From a virus (Duplodnaviria > Caudoviricetes): DNA of 64,000 nucleotides. The notes beneath the pieces were generated by a model, which saw only the letters and a list, made by a program, of their open reading frames with translations, was not told the DNA's origin and searched no databases. The stretch is taken from positions 11,586 to 75,585 of IMG/VR virus record IMGVR_UViG_3300028832_000128; one strand, given 5' to 3'. This document shows, in pieces, positions 7,348 through 15,864 of this stretch (positions are counted from its first letter, which is position 1; the number at the start of each line of letters is the position of its first letter). The translations under genes and the position numbers were made by a program.

Positions 7348-7663
7348 AGTAAATTTATATCATCAATGATAAATCTTTTAAATTTTCCGTGTTTCCGTCA
7401 GCCAAATTCAATTTTAAACAATAATTCTGTCTGTCTAAAATCGTTTTGTAAAAAACTCTCTGTATGGCTGACATTTTTAAAAGGAGAGCGGCTGTCAGGA
7501 CCTACCCCCAACCGTGTCCGGACATCGAATCTTATATTATGTTAAGTTCGACCGCCTTTTTCCTTATTTTCTCGTCGATAAATTTGCTTTGTTTTACTTG
7601 TTTGTTTGTCTGCTTTGGCTTGCCCGGTTGCTTGTTTGTTTGGTTATCTGATCCAAACGCCTA

Positions 7664-7692
7664 TTGACATTTTAATACTTATCATGTAAAAT
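7664..7692 (+). promoter_or_regulatory. Sigma70-type promoter, antisense to the late operon
   Basis: TTGACA-17 bp-TAAAAT; conserved at 44807-44835. Confidence 0.65.
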
Positions 7693-7841
7693 ACATATAT
7701 GCACGATAAATATATTATTTATCACTTACCTACGCAGTTTAAAACAAGTCTAAAAAGGTCAAATTTTTCCCTTTAATTTCAACACGATAAAAACGGCTCA
7801 TATTCCGATAACTCACGTTATGTTAAGTTGCCAAAGACCAC

Positions 7842-8453
7842 CTAATTCATTAAATTTGATTGATTTTTCAATATATTTTTAATTAAAACTTTTGTAACTT
7901 TTGAATTATCTTCAGTTTTTTCGTTATTTTTTTCAAAATTAGCACTCTCAAAACTGCTTGAATTTTCAATACTTTTTGCATTTTTTGATTTTCCGTCAGT
8001 TAAAAGATCCAAAATTTCAGTTCTTGAAGTCATTTTTACGGTCTCGGTTCTTGAAGTAACTCCACCGGAAAGCAATTGTATCTTATCTACTGCTATAGCC
8101 ATCGCCATAGCTAATTGACTTAATGACGCTTTTTCTCTCTTCTTTTTAAGCCCCATTTCCGTCAATATCTCTTGCGTTATTTCTTGCAGATTTTCGACGG
8201 TCTTTGTAGCCCAATTCTTTGTTGTAGCAAGGACGGTATCTCGAATTTCCTTTTTTACCTGTCCTATTCTCTCCCCAAAGAGCCTGTTTATCTTAGTTAT
8301 TGTATCAGGCGACACTTTGTGTTTTTTTGCAATTTTGTCGTGCGAAACAAGCCCTATGCAAAGGTCAGAAACTATTGCATTGACTGTTGTTTCAGGGAGA
8401 TTAATTTTTTCTAAATTTTCAGTATTTTCCATATTATTTTTTATGCACGACAA
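7842..8453 (-). CDS. Putative terminase small subunit (HTH protein; start may be 8432)
   Basis: N-terminal HTH-like segment then LAMAMAIAVDKIQLLSGGVTSRTE, a pattern seen in putative TerS proteins; no other TerS candidate present. Confidence 0.5.
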   Translation of the reverse strand: MSCIKNNMENTENLEKINLPETTVNAIVSDLCIGLVSHDKIAKKHKVSPDTITKINRLFGERIGQVKKEIRDTVLATTKNWATKTVENLQEITQEILTEMGLKKKREKASLSQLAMAMAIAVDKIQLLSGGVTSRTETVKMTSRTEILDLLTDGKSKNAKSIENSSSFESANFEKNNEKTEDNSKVTKVLIKNILKNQSNLMN

Positions 8454-8525
8454 CCTAATATTTTTAACTTCTAAAATCTTAATTTTATAGACGATAAAAT
8501 CATTATACCGGTATCAAATACGGTA

Positions 8526-8870
8526 TTATTTAATTTCGCAAAGTAAAGCATATATCCGCCGTTCGCTTACACCTATCAACTTATGTATTTTTCGACGACC
8601 GTAACCAAGTTGAAAATGTAAAAAAATAACAAATCTTTCAATTTTGGTATATCGTCCTAAAGCGGTTATCTTTGCTTTTTTTTCAAATTTCAAATAGCTG
8701 TTATATTCTGTTGATCTTAATTTGCTTTTATAATTAACGGATATTTTCCGTTCTACATATTTTCGTCTAACAAACTTGTAAAACTTTTCATCCGGAATCA
8801 ATTTTATCTTTGGAGCTTTGCTTTTATATTCGTCTATATCAAACAACAAATTTTGTCTTTTTCTCGTCAT
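8526..8870 (-). CDS. HTH DNA-binding protein, putative late regulator
   Basis: C-terminal LGYGRRKIHKLIGVSERRIYALL helix-turn-helix. Confidence 0.6.
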   Translation of the reverse strand: MTRKRQNLLFDIDEYKSKAPKIKLIPDEKFYKFVRRKYVERKISVNYKSKLRSTEYNSYLKFEKKAKITALGRYTKIERFVIFLHFQLGYGRRKIHKLIGVSERRIYALLCEIK

Positions 8871-8875
8871 AAAAT

Positions 8876-8920
8876 AAAAAAGACGGCAATAAACAGAGTT
8901 TAACTCTGCTTATTACCGTC
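8876..8920 (-). terminator. Terminator/attenuator upstream of the HTH regulator
   Basis: GACGGTAATAAGCAGAG-TTAAA-CTCTGTTTATTGCCGTC followed by TTTTTT. Confidence 0.8.
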
Positions 8921-8936
8921 CATATTTGTTAAATTA

Positions 8937-8987
8937 TTATAACTGCAAATAAAAAAAGCCAAAGAAAAAAATGTCCTTCTTACCCAT
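8937..8987 (-). CDS. Putative 16-aa leader peptide MGKKDIFFFGFFYLQL
   Basis: Lies between promoter and terminator; start overlaps the ATGGGTAAGA antisense target. Confidence 0.45.
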   Translation of the reverse strand: MGKKDIFFFGFFYLQL

Positions 8988-9008
8988 TTTTTATCTTTCG
9001 CCGATTTG

Positions 9009-9037
9009 ATTTTAATATATTTTAAAAAAAATGTCAA
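9009..9037 (-). promoter_or_regulatory. Sigma70-type promoter
   Basis: TTGACA-17 bp-TAAAAT followed by CAAATC, as at the early promoter. Confidence 0.75.
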
Positions 9038-9045
9038 CATATTTT

Positions 9046-10218
9046 TTACCTATGCACGATAATTTTTAAAACTTGCACAAGTCTCGTAAGTTCTTGTTTC
9101 CAATTTTTTTTATATTCGTCTATATGTTTAAGTGCTTCAAATTGTCCGTATTTACTTTTTAAATCTGCCATCATTACATTAAAATTCACAGTCTTATATA
9201 CTATATCTTGTGTTTTGTTTTCTTTAATATCTATATGTTGTGTTTGTTCTTTTTGTTTTTCTTGTTCTTTTCTCTTATTTACTGCTGCAACACAAATTTG
9301 ATTACAGGATGTTTCTAATACTTCCAACGAAAATTTATTATATTGCCAAGCAGATTTATTCGTCGCAAGTTTAAAAAATTCTTTAATAATATAAGCCGCT
9401 TTAAGTTCTCCATAAGTTGTAAATATTCTGTTCATTATGCTCATATCTTTTTTAAAATTACATTTAAATTGATTATTAAATTCGGACTGAAACAACATAC
9501 ACCAATAACCTAAAAGTCTTTTACTTGCGTTATCAGAATTGATTAATGATTTTTTGTTATTAATATCTTCGATATTAATTTTAATATTATTTATATATAT
9601 ATTATTATAAAAACTTTTTTTTGTAATTTCGTATTCATTCAAATTTGCATTGATTTTTGAATTGATTTCTTGTTTATTATCAATATTGATAATTTCCTTA
9701 TTTTGTTGTAAATTATTATTGATTTTTAAGTCGTTTTTTGAATTTTCAAGCGTGTTATCAATATTGATAATTTGTTCTTTTTTTTCTTCGTTATTTAAAT
9801 TGTTATCAATATTGATAATTTTAACATCCTTTTTTTCTTGGTTATCGTCTATCTTTAAGCTATTTTTTTGATTTTTATTTGAATTTTCAACCGCATTATC
9901 AATATTGATAATTTGTTGCCACTTTTTCGTATTTTTTACAACCGTAAAATAGTTTTTTTTGCCTACTTTTTCTTTTATTATTATTCCCATATTCTGTAGG
10001 TTTTTTAAGCCTCTTAAAACATTTGTAACGCCTAATCCGGTAAGTTCCACAAACTCGATGTTTTCTATGCAATTTTTATTCATACCGTAGCCGTAAGTCT
10101 TAGCCAATATTACATATAACACCTGATGTGTTTCTCCTGCGATCCTAAGCCCTGCTAATCTTTCCCATATTTCAACATCGATTAAACCTTTTCTTTTATT
10201 TTCAAATAAATCATCCAT
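9046..10218 (-). CDS. Replication initiator, lambda O-like
   Basis: N-terminal winged helix (VLYVILAKTYGY...ELTGL...LQNMGII); internal IINIDN repeats from iterons. Confidence 0.8.
   Translation of the reverse strand: MDDLFENKRKGLIDVEIWERLAGLRIAGETHQVLYVILAKTYGYGMNKNCIENIEFVELTGLGVTNVLRGLKNLQNMGIIIKEKVGKKNYFTVVKNTKKWQQIINIDNAVENSNKNQKNSLKIDDNQEKKDVKIINIDNNLNNEEKKEQIINIDNTLENSKNDLKINNNLQQNKEIINIDNKQEINSKINANLNEYEITKKSFYNNIYINNIKINIEDINNKKSLINSDNASKRLLGYWCMLFQSEFNNQFKCNFKKDMSIMNRIFTTYGELKAAYIIKEFFKLATNKSAWQYNKFSLEVLETSCNQICVAAVNKRKEQEKQKEQTQHIDIKENKTQDIVYKTVNFNVMMADLKSKYGQFEALKHIDEYKKNWKQELTRLVQVLKIIVHR
9676..9912. repeat. Four palindromic iterons (a/g)TTATCAATATTGATAAT, putative origin
   Basis: Copies at 9676, 9754, 9802 and 9895 inside the O-like gene. 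Confidence 0.8.
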
Positions 10219-11557
10219 ATTGCTCGTTCTCCTTATTAAAAAATTTAGTTTGCGTTGCTTCGAATATTAAATCTATATCGCCACACGCACCGTTACGGTT
10301 TTTTCCTATTCGTATTTTGGCGTTTCTTTGCACCGTATCGTCGTTCGGTTTATAATATCCCTCACGCCACACAAACAAAACAACATCTGCGTCTTGTTCA
10401 ATCGCTCCGGAATCTCTTAAATCACTTAACACCGGAATAGAGTTTTTTACTCCCCTTTGTTCAGGAGCTCTTGAAAGCTGGCTTAAAACAATAACAGGCA
10501 CATCCAAATCCCTTGCCAAACTTTTTAATTGCCTCGAAATATCAGCTATTTGGTTGTTTTTATCTTTAATACTACTATCTCCTCTTAAAAGCTGTAAATA
10601 ATCAATTACAATCAAATCTAAATGCTTTCCTTTGGTTTTTAATTTATTTGCACAATTTCGGCTCTTGCTTCGAATATCAAAAGCCGTAGAATCGGCACTG
10701 TCGTCAATTAAAATATTCATACTTCCTAACGATTGAGCTGCATTAGATAATTCAGCCCATTCATTATCTGCAATATTTGCGTATTTCAGTTTACTTGCAC
10801 TCATACCGCTTACGGATGATAACAACCTTTGTATTAATAACTTACGGCTCATTTCTAAACTAAACACCGCAACCGCTTTACCTGATGTAGCCACATTTTC
10901 GGCAATATTCAACGCAAAAGCGGTCTTTCCCATGGACGGACGCCCTGCAATAATTATCAGTTCTCCGTTTTGAAATCCGCCAATCCTTTTGTCTAAGTCG
11001 ACAAATCCGCTTGCAAGCCCCGGCACAGCGGACCTGTTGCTATGCAAATATTCGATGTTTTGCACCGCCGAAACAATATCTTTATAAATCTCCGTCAAAC
11101 TATTATCTTTAACGTTTTCACTTGCAACGGCAAATAATTCTTGTTGTGCATTATCTAATATTTCTTTTGCAGTTTTGGTTTGTTCTGATACATCGTTTGC
11201 AATTTGCATTGCCGCTTTCAAAGTTGCTCTCAATATGCTTTTTTCTCGCACAATATCGATATAACTTCTATATCCCGCCGTAGTTTGGACGTTATTAATT
11301 AAATTAGTAAGCCAAACCGGACCGCCTTTTTCGGCGTAAATTTTATTGCTTTTTAATTCGTTGTTTACCGTAACAAGATCGACACTTTGCCCGTTTGTCC
11401 ATAGTTTTTTACATACATTAAATATGTCTGCGTGTATTCCCATATAAAAATCATTTTCGTTTAATCTCGAGCAAATTTCGCCGATAGTATCGGAATTTAT
11501 AACCATACAAGCTACTATAGCTCGTTCAGCGTTTAAATCTTGAGGAAATTCTTTCAT
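10211..11557 (-). CDS. dnaB: Replicative DNA helicase
   Basis: Walker A AGRPSMGKT; IVIDYLQL, SQLSR and LRDSGAIEQDAD motifs. Confidence 0.95.
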   Translation of the reverse strand: MKEFPQDLNAERAIVACMVINSDTIGEICSRLNENDFYMGIHADIFNVCKKLWTNGQSVDLVTVNNELKSNKIYAEKGGPVWLTNLINNVQTTAGYRSYIDIVREKSILRATLKAAMQIANDVSEQTKTAKEILDNAQQELFAVASENVKDNSLTEIYKDIVSAVQNIEYLHSNRSAVPGLASGFVDLDKRIGGFQNGELIIIAGRPSMGKTAFALNIAENVATSGKAVAVFSLEMSRKLLIQRLLSSVSGMSASKLKYANIADNEWAELSNAAQSLGSMNILIDDSADSTAFDIRSKSRNCANKLKTKGKHLDLIVIDYLQLLRGDSSIKDKNNQIADISRQLKSLARDLDVPVIVLSQLSRAPEQRGVKNSIPVLSDLRDSGAIEQDADVVLFVWREGYYKPNDDTVQRNAKIRIGKNRNGACGDIDLIFEATQTKFFNKENEQYG

Positions 11558-11566
11558 TTTGCACCC

Positions 11567-11764
11567 TTAAAATAATTTCATTTGTTTGTTTTCTCGTTGC
11601 TGCAAATCTTCATAATCTTTTAAAATCTCTTCGAATATTGCAACTTGTCTGTCTGCCTGAGTTTGTGTCATTCTTTTAGCTAAAACCAAATTAGGATATA
11701 CTTTTTTTCTAAATCCCAACTCTCTTTTTATTGCCTGAATTTTATCTCTTGTTGTTATCGACAT
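11567..11764 (-). CDS. Hypothetical protein
   Basis: ORF in tightly packed early operon. Confidence 0.6.
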   Translation of the reverse strand: MSITTRDKIQAIKRELGFRKKVYPNLVLAKRMTQTQADRQVAIFEEILKDYEDLQQRENKQMKLF

Positions 11765-12023
11765 CCGCTCTCTCCTTTTTCTTAAAATGTTTCATTACTC
11801 TGTTTATTGTTTCTTGTGATATTTCTTGAATATCATCCATGCAAAGCCAAAACTCTCTATTTAAAATTTTAAAATTCAAATCCCATGGAAACATTAAATT
11901 ACAAATTAATAAATCATCGTCGGTTTTGCGACATCCATCTTCACAGCCGTGTGTTTTTCTGTATTCCTTGCAGACCACTAATAATTCTTTCCTGCTAAAC
12001 TCAACAACTATCTTGTCGTCCAT
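11742..12023 (-). CDS. Hypothetical Cys-containing protein
   Basis: ORF in early operon. Confidence 0.5.
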   Translation of the reverse strand: MDDKIVVEFSRKELLVVCKEYRKTHGCEDGCRKTDDDLLICNLMFPWDLNFKILNREFWLCMDDIQEISQETINRVMKHFKKKERADVDNNKR

Positions 12024-12306
12024 TTAATTGTTTCCTTTGTAAAAATTTAACAAACAGATCTTTTTTCTTTTTTAATTGTTTTTCGAGTTCTCTTATTTCT
12101 CGTTTCATTTTTTCAATTTCGCTTTCCGGATCCATTACACTCCACACATGTTCTTTTCTTTCTCCCATATACACCGCTATCATTTCAGCACAATCAAACT
12201 TGTCCATTGTTCTAAAATCAAGTATTATTTGTCTGCAAACATCTCTAAATTGCTCTTCGTCTTTTTCGTAATGATATTTAATTAATCTAAGTATTGTATT
12301 AATCAT
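12001..12306 (-). CDS. Hypothetical protein
   Basis: ORF in early operon. Confidence 0.55.
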   Translation of the reverse strand: MINTILRLIKYHYEKDEEQFRDVCRQIILDFRTMDKFDCAEMIAVYMGERKEHVWSVMDPESEIEKMKREIRELEKQLKKKKDLFVKFLQRKQLNGRQDSC

Positions 12307-12471
12307 TTATTCGTCCTCTTTTTTCAGTGCGAAAAAAATCTGCAAAGTATGTCCTCTTCCTACACTAACCACAACCTGTCTGTTGTCTTTATGAATTACT
12401 TTCTGTATTATCCATTTTTTTCCATCGACTTCTTCTATTACTCTACCTACTTTGTAATCACTAATTTTCAT
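12307..12471 (-). CDS. Small unannotated ORF, 54 aa (MKISDYKVGRVIEEVDGKKW...)
   Basis: Exactly fills the gap between neighbours; below the ORF-track cutoff. Confidence 0.55.
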   Translation of the reverse strand: MKISDYKVGRVIEEVDGKKWIIQKVIHKDNRQVVVSVGRGHTLQIFFALKKEDE

Positions 12472-12472
12472 A

Positions 12473-12793
12473 TCAGCTATTTTCATTATTTATTCCCTCT
12501 TTGTCGCCAAATTTTGTTTTTATAAATTCAATTAAAAAATCTATTTCAGATATACAATGCCGCAACATTCTTACATGTTCTGTTTCTTCATGCATAAAAT
12601 CACGTTCAAAATGCAAATGCGGATAAAATATCTCTTTGTTTTTTTTAGCAATTTTTTCCCGTTCTTTTTCTTCTTTTTTTCTTCTGTCTTCTTCTTGTAA
12701 TGCTTTTGCTACATACTCCGCATGCAATTTTTCGATTCTGTTTTTTAAAAATTTTTTTCTATTTTCCAATTCTTTTAATGTTATATAACGCAT
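12473..12793 (-). CDS. Hypothetical coiled-coil protein
   Basis: ORF in early operon. Confidence 0.55.
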   Translation of the reverse strand: MRYITLKELENRKKFLKNRIEKLHAEYVAKALQEEDRRKKEEKEREKIAKKNKEIFYPHLHFERDFMHEETEHVRMLRHCISEIDFLIEFIKTKFGDKEGINNENS

Positions 12794-12797
12794 ATAT

Positions 12798-13055
12798 TTA
12801 ACCCTTTTTCTTTTTTATTCTGTTTATGAATTTCTTTAAGCCGATTCTTGCACCTTTTAACGTTTTGTAACAATAGTCGTTGTAAAACACTCGTCTAAAG
12901 TCGTCTAAATAATAAATAAATACAGTATTCCCTATTAATTCTCCTCTAACAACACGAATTGTGATTTTATCTATTGTCAGTTTATCGCCTAACCAATGTG
13001 TAACATAGACGGTATCTCCCTGTTTAAATTTGCTTTTTACCTGAAATTTACTCAT
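12798..13055 (-). CDS. Hypothetical protein
   Basis: ORF in early operon. Confidence 0.55.
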   Translation of the reverse strand: MSKFQVKSKFKQGDTVYVTHWLGDKLTIDKITIRVVRGELIGNTVFIYYLDDFRRVFYNDYCYKTLKGARIGLKKFINRIKKKKG

Positions 13056-13377
13056 TTTTTAATACCTTAAATTCAATATCAAAAACTTTTCCGTTATACT
13101 TTAAATCCGTATCTTTACCGTCAATAATTCTTGCTCTTTTTATAATCGCTTTTATTATTTTTTCTTTGTCGTTTTTCTTAGGATAACCTAAAGTAAAAAC
13201 AATGTTAGGATTAGGCGGAATATATACATAAGTTCCCAAGTTTAAATGCTTATATATTCTATTAATCCAATATTTATTCCAAATCCTATATTCGTGTGTT
13301 TTCTCTCCGGATTTTACCTTTTCAAACCACTCTTTCTTTAGATGAAACATTAACATTGTTTTGCTCCTGCGTTTCAA
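13048..13377 (-). CDS. ASCH/PUA-like domain protein
   Basis: LKKEWFEKVKSGEKTHEYR matches the ASCH GxKxxExR motif. Confidence 0.75.
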   Translation of the reverse strand: MKRRSKTMLMFHLKKEWFEKVKSGEKTHEYRIWNKYWINRIYKHLNLGTYVYIPPNPNIVFTLGYPKKNDKEKIIKAIIKRARIIDGKDTDLKYNGKVFDIEFKVLKNE

Positions 13378-13801
13378 ATTTTTTATATTCTCTAATAAAA
13401 ACAGTTAATGCAATAAAAAAATCTCCTATAACTGACACTTCTTCGGATGAAAAATTAAATTCTCTTTCACATAAATTAATCAATCCGAATCCAGTGTTAT
13501 TTGTTATTCTAATTATCATTAAATAAGTTTTCCCTTTGTTCCAAAGAGTGTTTCTGACTTCAAGAAAAACATTTATTCTATCGTTTTGAAAAATATATTC
13601 TCGTTTTGATAAGATTTCTCTGTTTCTTGACTCTATTTCTTTATAAATATTGTTTTTATCTATACATTTAAAGTTTAATTGTTTAAACAAACGACATATT
13701 ATGTCTATTTCGATTTCTATCATTTCAGAAAAATCCCTCATTCTTTGTTCTCCTTGCGTTTTAACAAACTTGTAAATTATATTTTCCGTATTTTTTAACA
13801 A
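13322..13801 (-). CDS. Hypothetical protein (start probably internal)
   Basis: ORF in early operon. Confidence 0.5.
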   Translation of the reverse strand: MLKNTENIIYKFVKTQGEQRMRDFSEMIEIEIDIICRLFKQLNFKCIDKNNIYKEIESRNREILSKREYIFQNDRINVFLEVRNTLWNKGKTYLMIIRITNNTGFGLINLCEREFNFSSEEVSVIGDFFIALTVFIREYKKFETQEQNNVNVSSKERVV

Positions 13802-14273
13802 AGTCTATATACTTAAAACTTCCGTCTATTTGTTGGTTTTTTATTTCAGTCTCTGTTGAATAATCGCAGTCGACATATAAATGACAACCGGATTCGTTTT
13901 TGTATTTAGCTAAATTAAGTTTTTTGTGCCAATAATCAAAATGTTGTCTATCTGATAAAACAAGTAGTTTAAAATCTTTTTTATCACAATTTAAGTTCGA
14001 ACCGAACTTAATACATTCATCTAAATTTTTACATCTTCGAATATAAACTTTCCAACCGTCATCAAAATGGACTCCGAAAGGGTTAGAAAAACTCGCTCCT
14101 TCTAAAGGTTTTAAACATTCTTTGCCTAATAAAAAATAAAGATGATCTAAAAGATTATCCTCTGTTTCAAAAACAGGATAACTTGTAGTTTTGTATAAGC
14201 TTTTAAAGATTGCTAAATATAAAGGTTTTTTATATTCTTTACAGAAAAAACGTCTAATCCAAAATGGAACCAT
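13761..14273 (-). CDS. Hypothetical protein
   Basis: RBS AAGGAGAC upstream. Confidence 0.6.
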   Translation of the reverse strand: MVPFWIRRFFCKEYKKPLYLAIFKSLYKTTSYPVFETEDNLLDHLYFLLGKECLKPLEGASFSNPFGVHFDDGWKVYIRRCKNLDECIKFGSNLNCDKKDFKLLVLSDRQHFDYWHKKLNLAKYKNESGCHLYVDCDYSTETEIKNQQIDGSFKYIDFVKKYGKYNLQVC

Positions 14274-14527
14274 TATTTTGTCTCCTTAAAATAAACATAT
14301 TTACCGTCTTTCCTTGCGAACGCTCCGCATGGCACCGCAGGACAATGAAACCTATTCAGGTTAAAAAAACACTTCTTACACTGCTCTTTAATACTGCTTT
14401 CAATTACTTCCAATTTAAATTTTCTAACGCCGTAATTACCATCTTCCCATTGATAAAATACAGGTAACTCCACAACTTCAACTACCATCTTCCTAAATGT
14501 ATCCTTGTTTTTAATTCGTTTCTCCAA
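14273..14527 (-). CDS. Hypothetical Cys-rich protein
   Basis: CKKCFF...CPAVPC...RKDGK pattern. Confidence 0.55.
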   Translation of the reverse strand: MEKRIKNKDTFRKMVVEVVELPVFYQWEDGNYGVRKFKLEVIESSIKEQCKKCFFNLNRFHCPAVPCGAFARKDGKYVYFKETK

Positions 14528-14679
14528 TAGCCGATCCGGTAATCATTAATCACGGAATTAACCACAAATAAAATCATAAATACTTTAAAATACCATGCAC
14601 AACTTAAACTACATACAAACCAAACCAACGCTGCCGGAATTAAAATTGTTCTTACTACAGCCCAAATCATTCTAAACAT
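14482..14679 (-). CDS. Small membrane protein
   Basis: Two hydrophobic segments. Confidence 0.5.
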   Translation of the reverse strand: MFRMIWAVVRTILIPAALVWFVCSLSCAWYFKVFMILFVVNSVINDYRIGYWRNELKTRIHLGRW

Positions 14680-14998
14680 GTTTTTCTTCTCCTTGATATT
14701 TTTTTATTACGTCTAATTTTGCTTTTGCAATATCAAAATCAAACTGATATGTTCCTACTACGTAACCCATACCACCGGCGTTGCTCATACCTACGCCGAT
14801 TTTTTCAGTTTTGTTTTTTGTGTATTGCAAATAAGCGTTATAAAGCTCTGTATTACCTTTTATTTTTTGAGTAACAATATAATTGCGGATAATCATACCG
14901 TCTAAATACGGAGTTCTTTTGATTTTTGTTTTGTGATAAGTAAACCTTAACACTCTCTCCAATAATTTCCCTACCTTATCAACCTGATAACCCTTCAT
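14672..14998 (-). CDS. Hypothetical protein
   Basis: Coupled to neighbouring genes. Confidence 0.55.
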   Translation of the reverse strand: MKGYQVDKVGKLLERVLRFTYHKTKIKRTPYLDGMIIRNYIVTQKIKGNTELYNAYLQYTKNKTEKIGVGMSNAGGMGYVVGTYQFDFDIAKAKLDVIKKYQGEEKHV

Positions 14999-15204
14999 TT
15001 GTCCAGCTCCTTTTTAATTTTATTTAAACTCCAATATTTACAACCGTTTCCGAATTTTTTACCTGCAATTCCCCAAATCTTCATACGATGATAAACTCCG
15101 TCTCTATCTTTTAAACCGAAAAATTGTCTCAAAAACTCCGCATTTACATATTTGTCGCCAAAAAGCTCCTTAACATCGGGCTTAATTTCATTTACTACTT
15201 GCAT
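14995..15204 (-). CDS. Excisionase/Cro-like small DNA-binding protein
   Basis: First gene of the early operon, divergent from the repressor; winged-helix-like 69 aa. Confidence 0.55.
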   Translation of the reverse strand: MQVVNEIKPDVKELFGDKYVNAEFLRQFFGLKDRDGVYHRMKIWGIAGKKFGNGCKYWSLNKIKKELDK

Positions 15205-15265
15205 ACAACCCCCTTAAAACCTTTTACAACCGTTGCAAAAACTACACAAAACGGCTATAATTAAT

Positions 15266-15357
15266 AAAAGGCTGTAGGATATGGGTAAGATAACCTACAG
15301 CCGGCTCATAGCTCTCTTTTGGCGAAAGATACAACAATATTATTGTTGTCGCTATGA
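15266..15357 (-). ncRNA. Structured antisense/attenuator RNA, P4 CI- or P1 C4-like
   Basis: TCATAGC/GCTATGA stem; ACAACAA/TTGTTGT hairpin; ATCTTTCGCC segment; GGCTGTAGG/CCTACAGCC hairpin with TCTTACCCAT in the loop, then TTTT. Confidence 0.65.
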
Positions 15358-15404
15358 TTTTTTATAAAAGTTTGTTGTGATAAGAAAAAAAGATTTTTAC
15401 CCAT
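15306..15404 (-). CDS. Putative 32-aa leader peptide MGKNLFFLSQQ...
   Basis: Start overlaps the ATGGGTAA target; frame runs through the structured RNA. Confidence 0.4.
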   Translation of the reverse strand: MGKNLFFLSQQTFIKNHSDNNNIVVSFAKREL

Positions 15405-15430
15405 TTTTTTACCTTTCGCCAATTTTTTGT

Positions 15431-15483
15431 TTTGATTTGATTGTAAAACTTTTGATTTGATTGTAAAACTTTTTTAAAAGTTT
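15431..15483. promoter_or_regulatory. Putative operators: 20-bp tandem repeat tttgatttgattgtaaaact x2 and inverted repeat aaactttt-tt-aaaagttt
   Basis: Overlap the early promoter between the divergent xis/cro and repressor genes. Confidence 0.6.
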
Positions 15484-15488
15484 GTCAA
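15460..15488 (-). promoter_or_regulatory. Early lytic promoter (PR-like)
   Basis: TTGACA-17 bp-TACAAT. Confidence 0.8.
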
Positions 15489-15504
15489 GTATTTTTTTAA
15501 AAGA

Positions 15505-15864
15505 ATGAAAATAACTAATTTAAAAAACAAAATTAAACATTTATTATTAGAGCAAGGTTTAAGTCAGAGCGACCTTGCAAAAAAGATTGGTGTGCATAGA
15601 CAAGTTTTAACAAATTGGCTAAGCGGAACAAGGAATCCTAAAATAGAAAATTTAGAAAAGATAGCAAAGGCACTAAATATATCTGTAGAGGATTTATTGA
15701 ATGATAATAAAAATTTTTCAGACGTCCAAATCAATATTAACTCCAAAGGCAAAGTAAATCAGACAATCCAAAAACAAGATCTAAAAGACAAGGAGATTGA
15801 ATTGCTTAAAAAAGAGATTGAATTGCTTAAAAAAGAATTAGAATTAAGGAGAAAACAAAAATGA
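15505..15864 (+). CDS. CI-like repressor (XRE HTH) with coiled-coil C-terminus
   Basis: LSQSDLAKKIGVHRQVLTNWLSGTRNPKIENLEKIAKAL; no S24 peptidase domain. Confidence 0.9.
   Translation: MKITNLKNKIKHLLLEQGLSQSDLAKKIGVHRQVLTNWLSGTRNPKIENLEKIAKALNISVEDLLNDNKNFSDVQININSKGKVNQTIQKQDLKDKEIELLKKEIELLKKELELRRKQK

Noticed and set aside
7698-9059. TATGCACGA three times (7698, 8442, 9051)
   Set aside because: Only 9 bp, two copies constrained by coding sequence, no consistent position; cannot separate from chance
9676-9912. Spaced 18-bp palindromes as a CRISPR array
   Set aside because: Repeats too short, spacing irregular (78, 48, 93 bp), in frame inside the initiator gene, no cas genes; these are iterons
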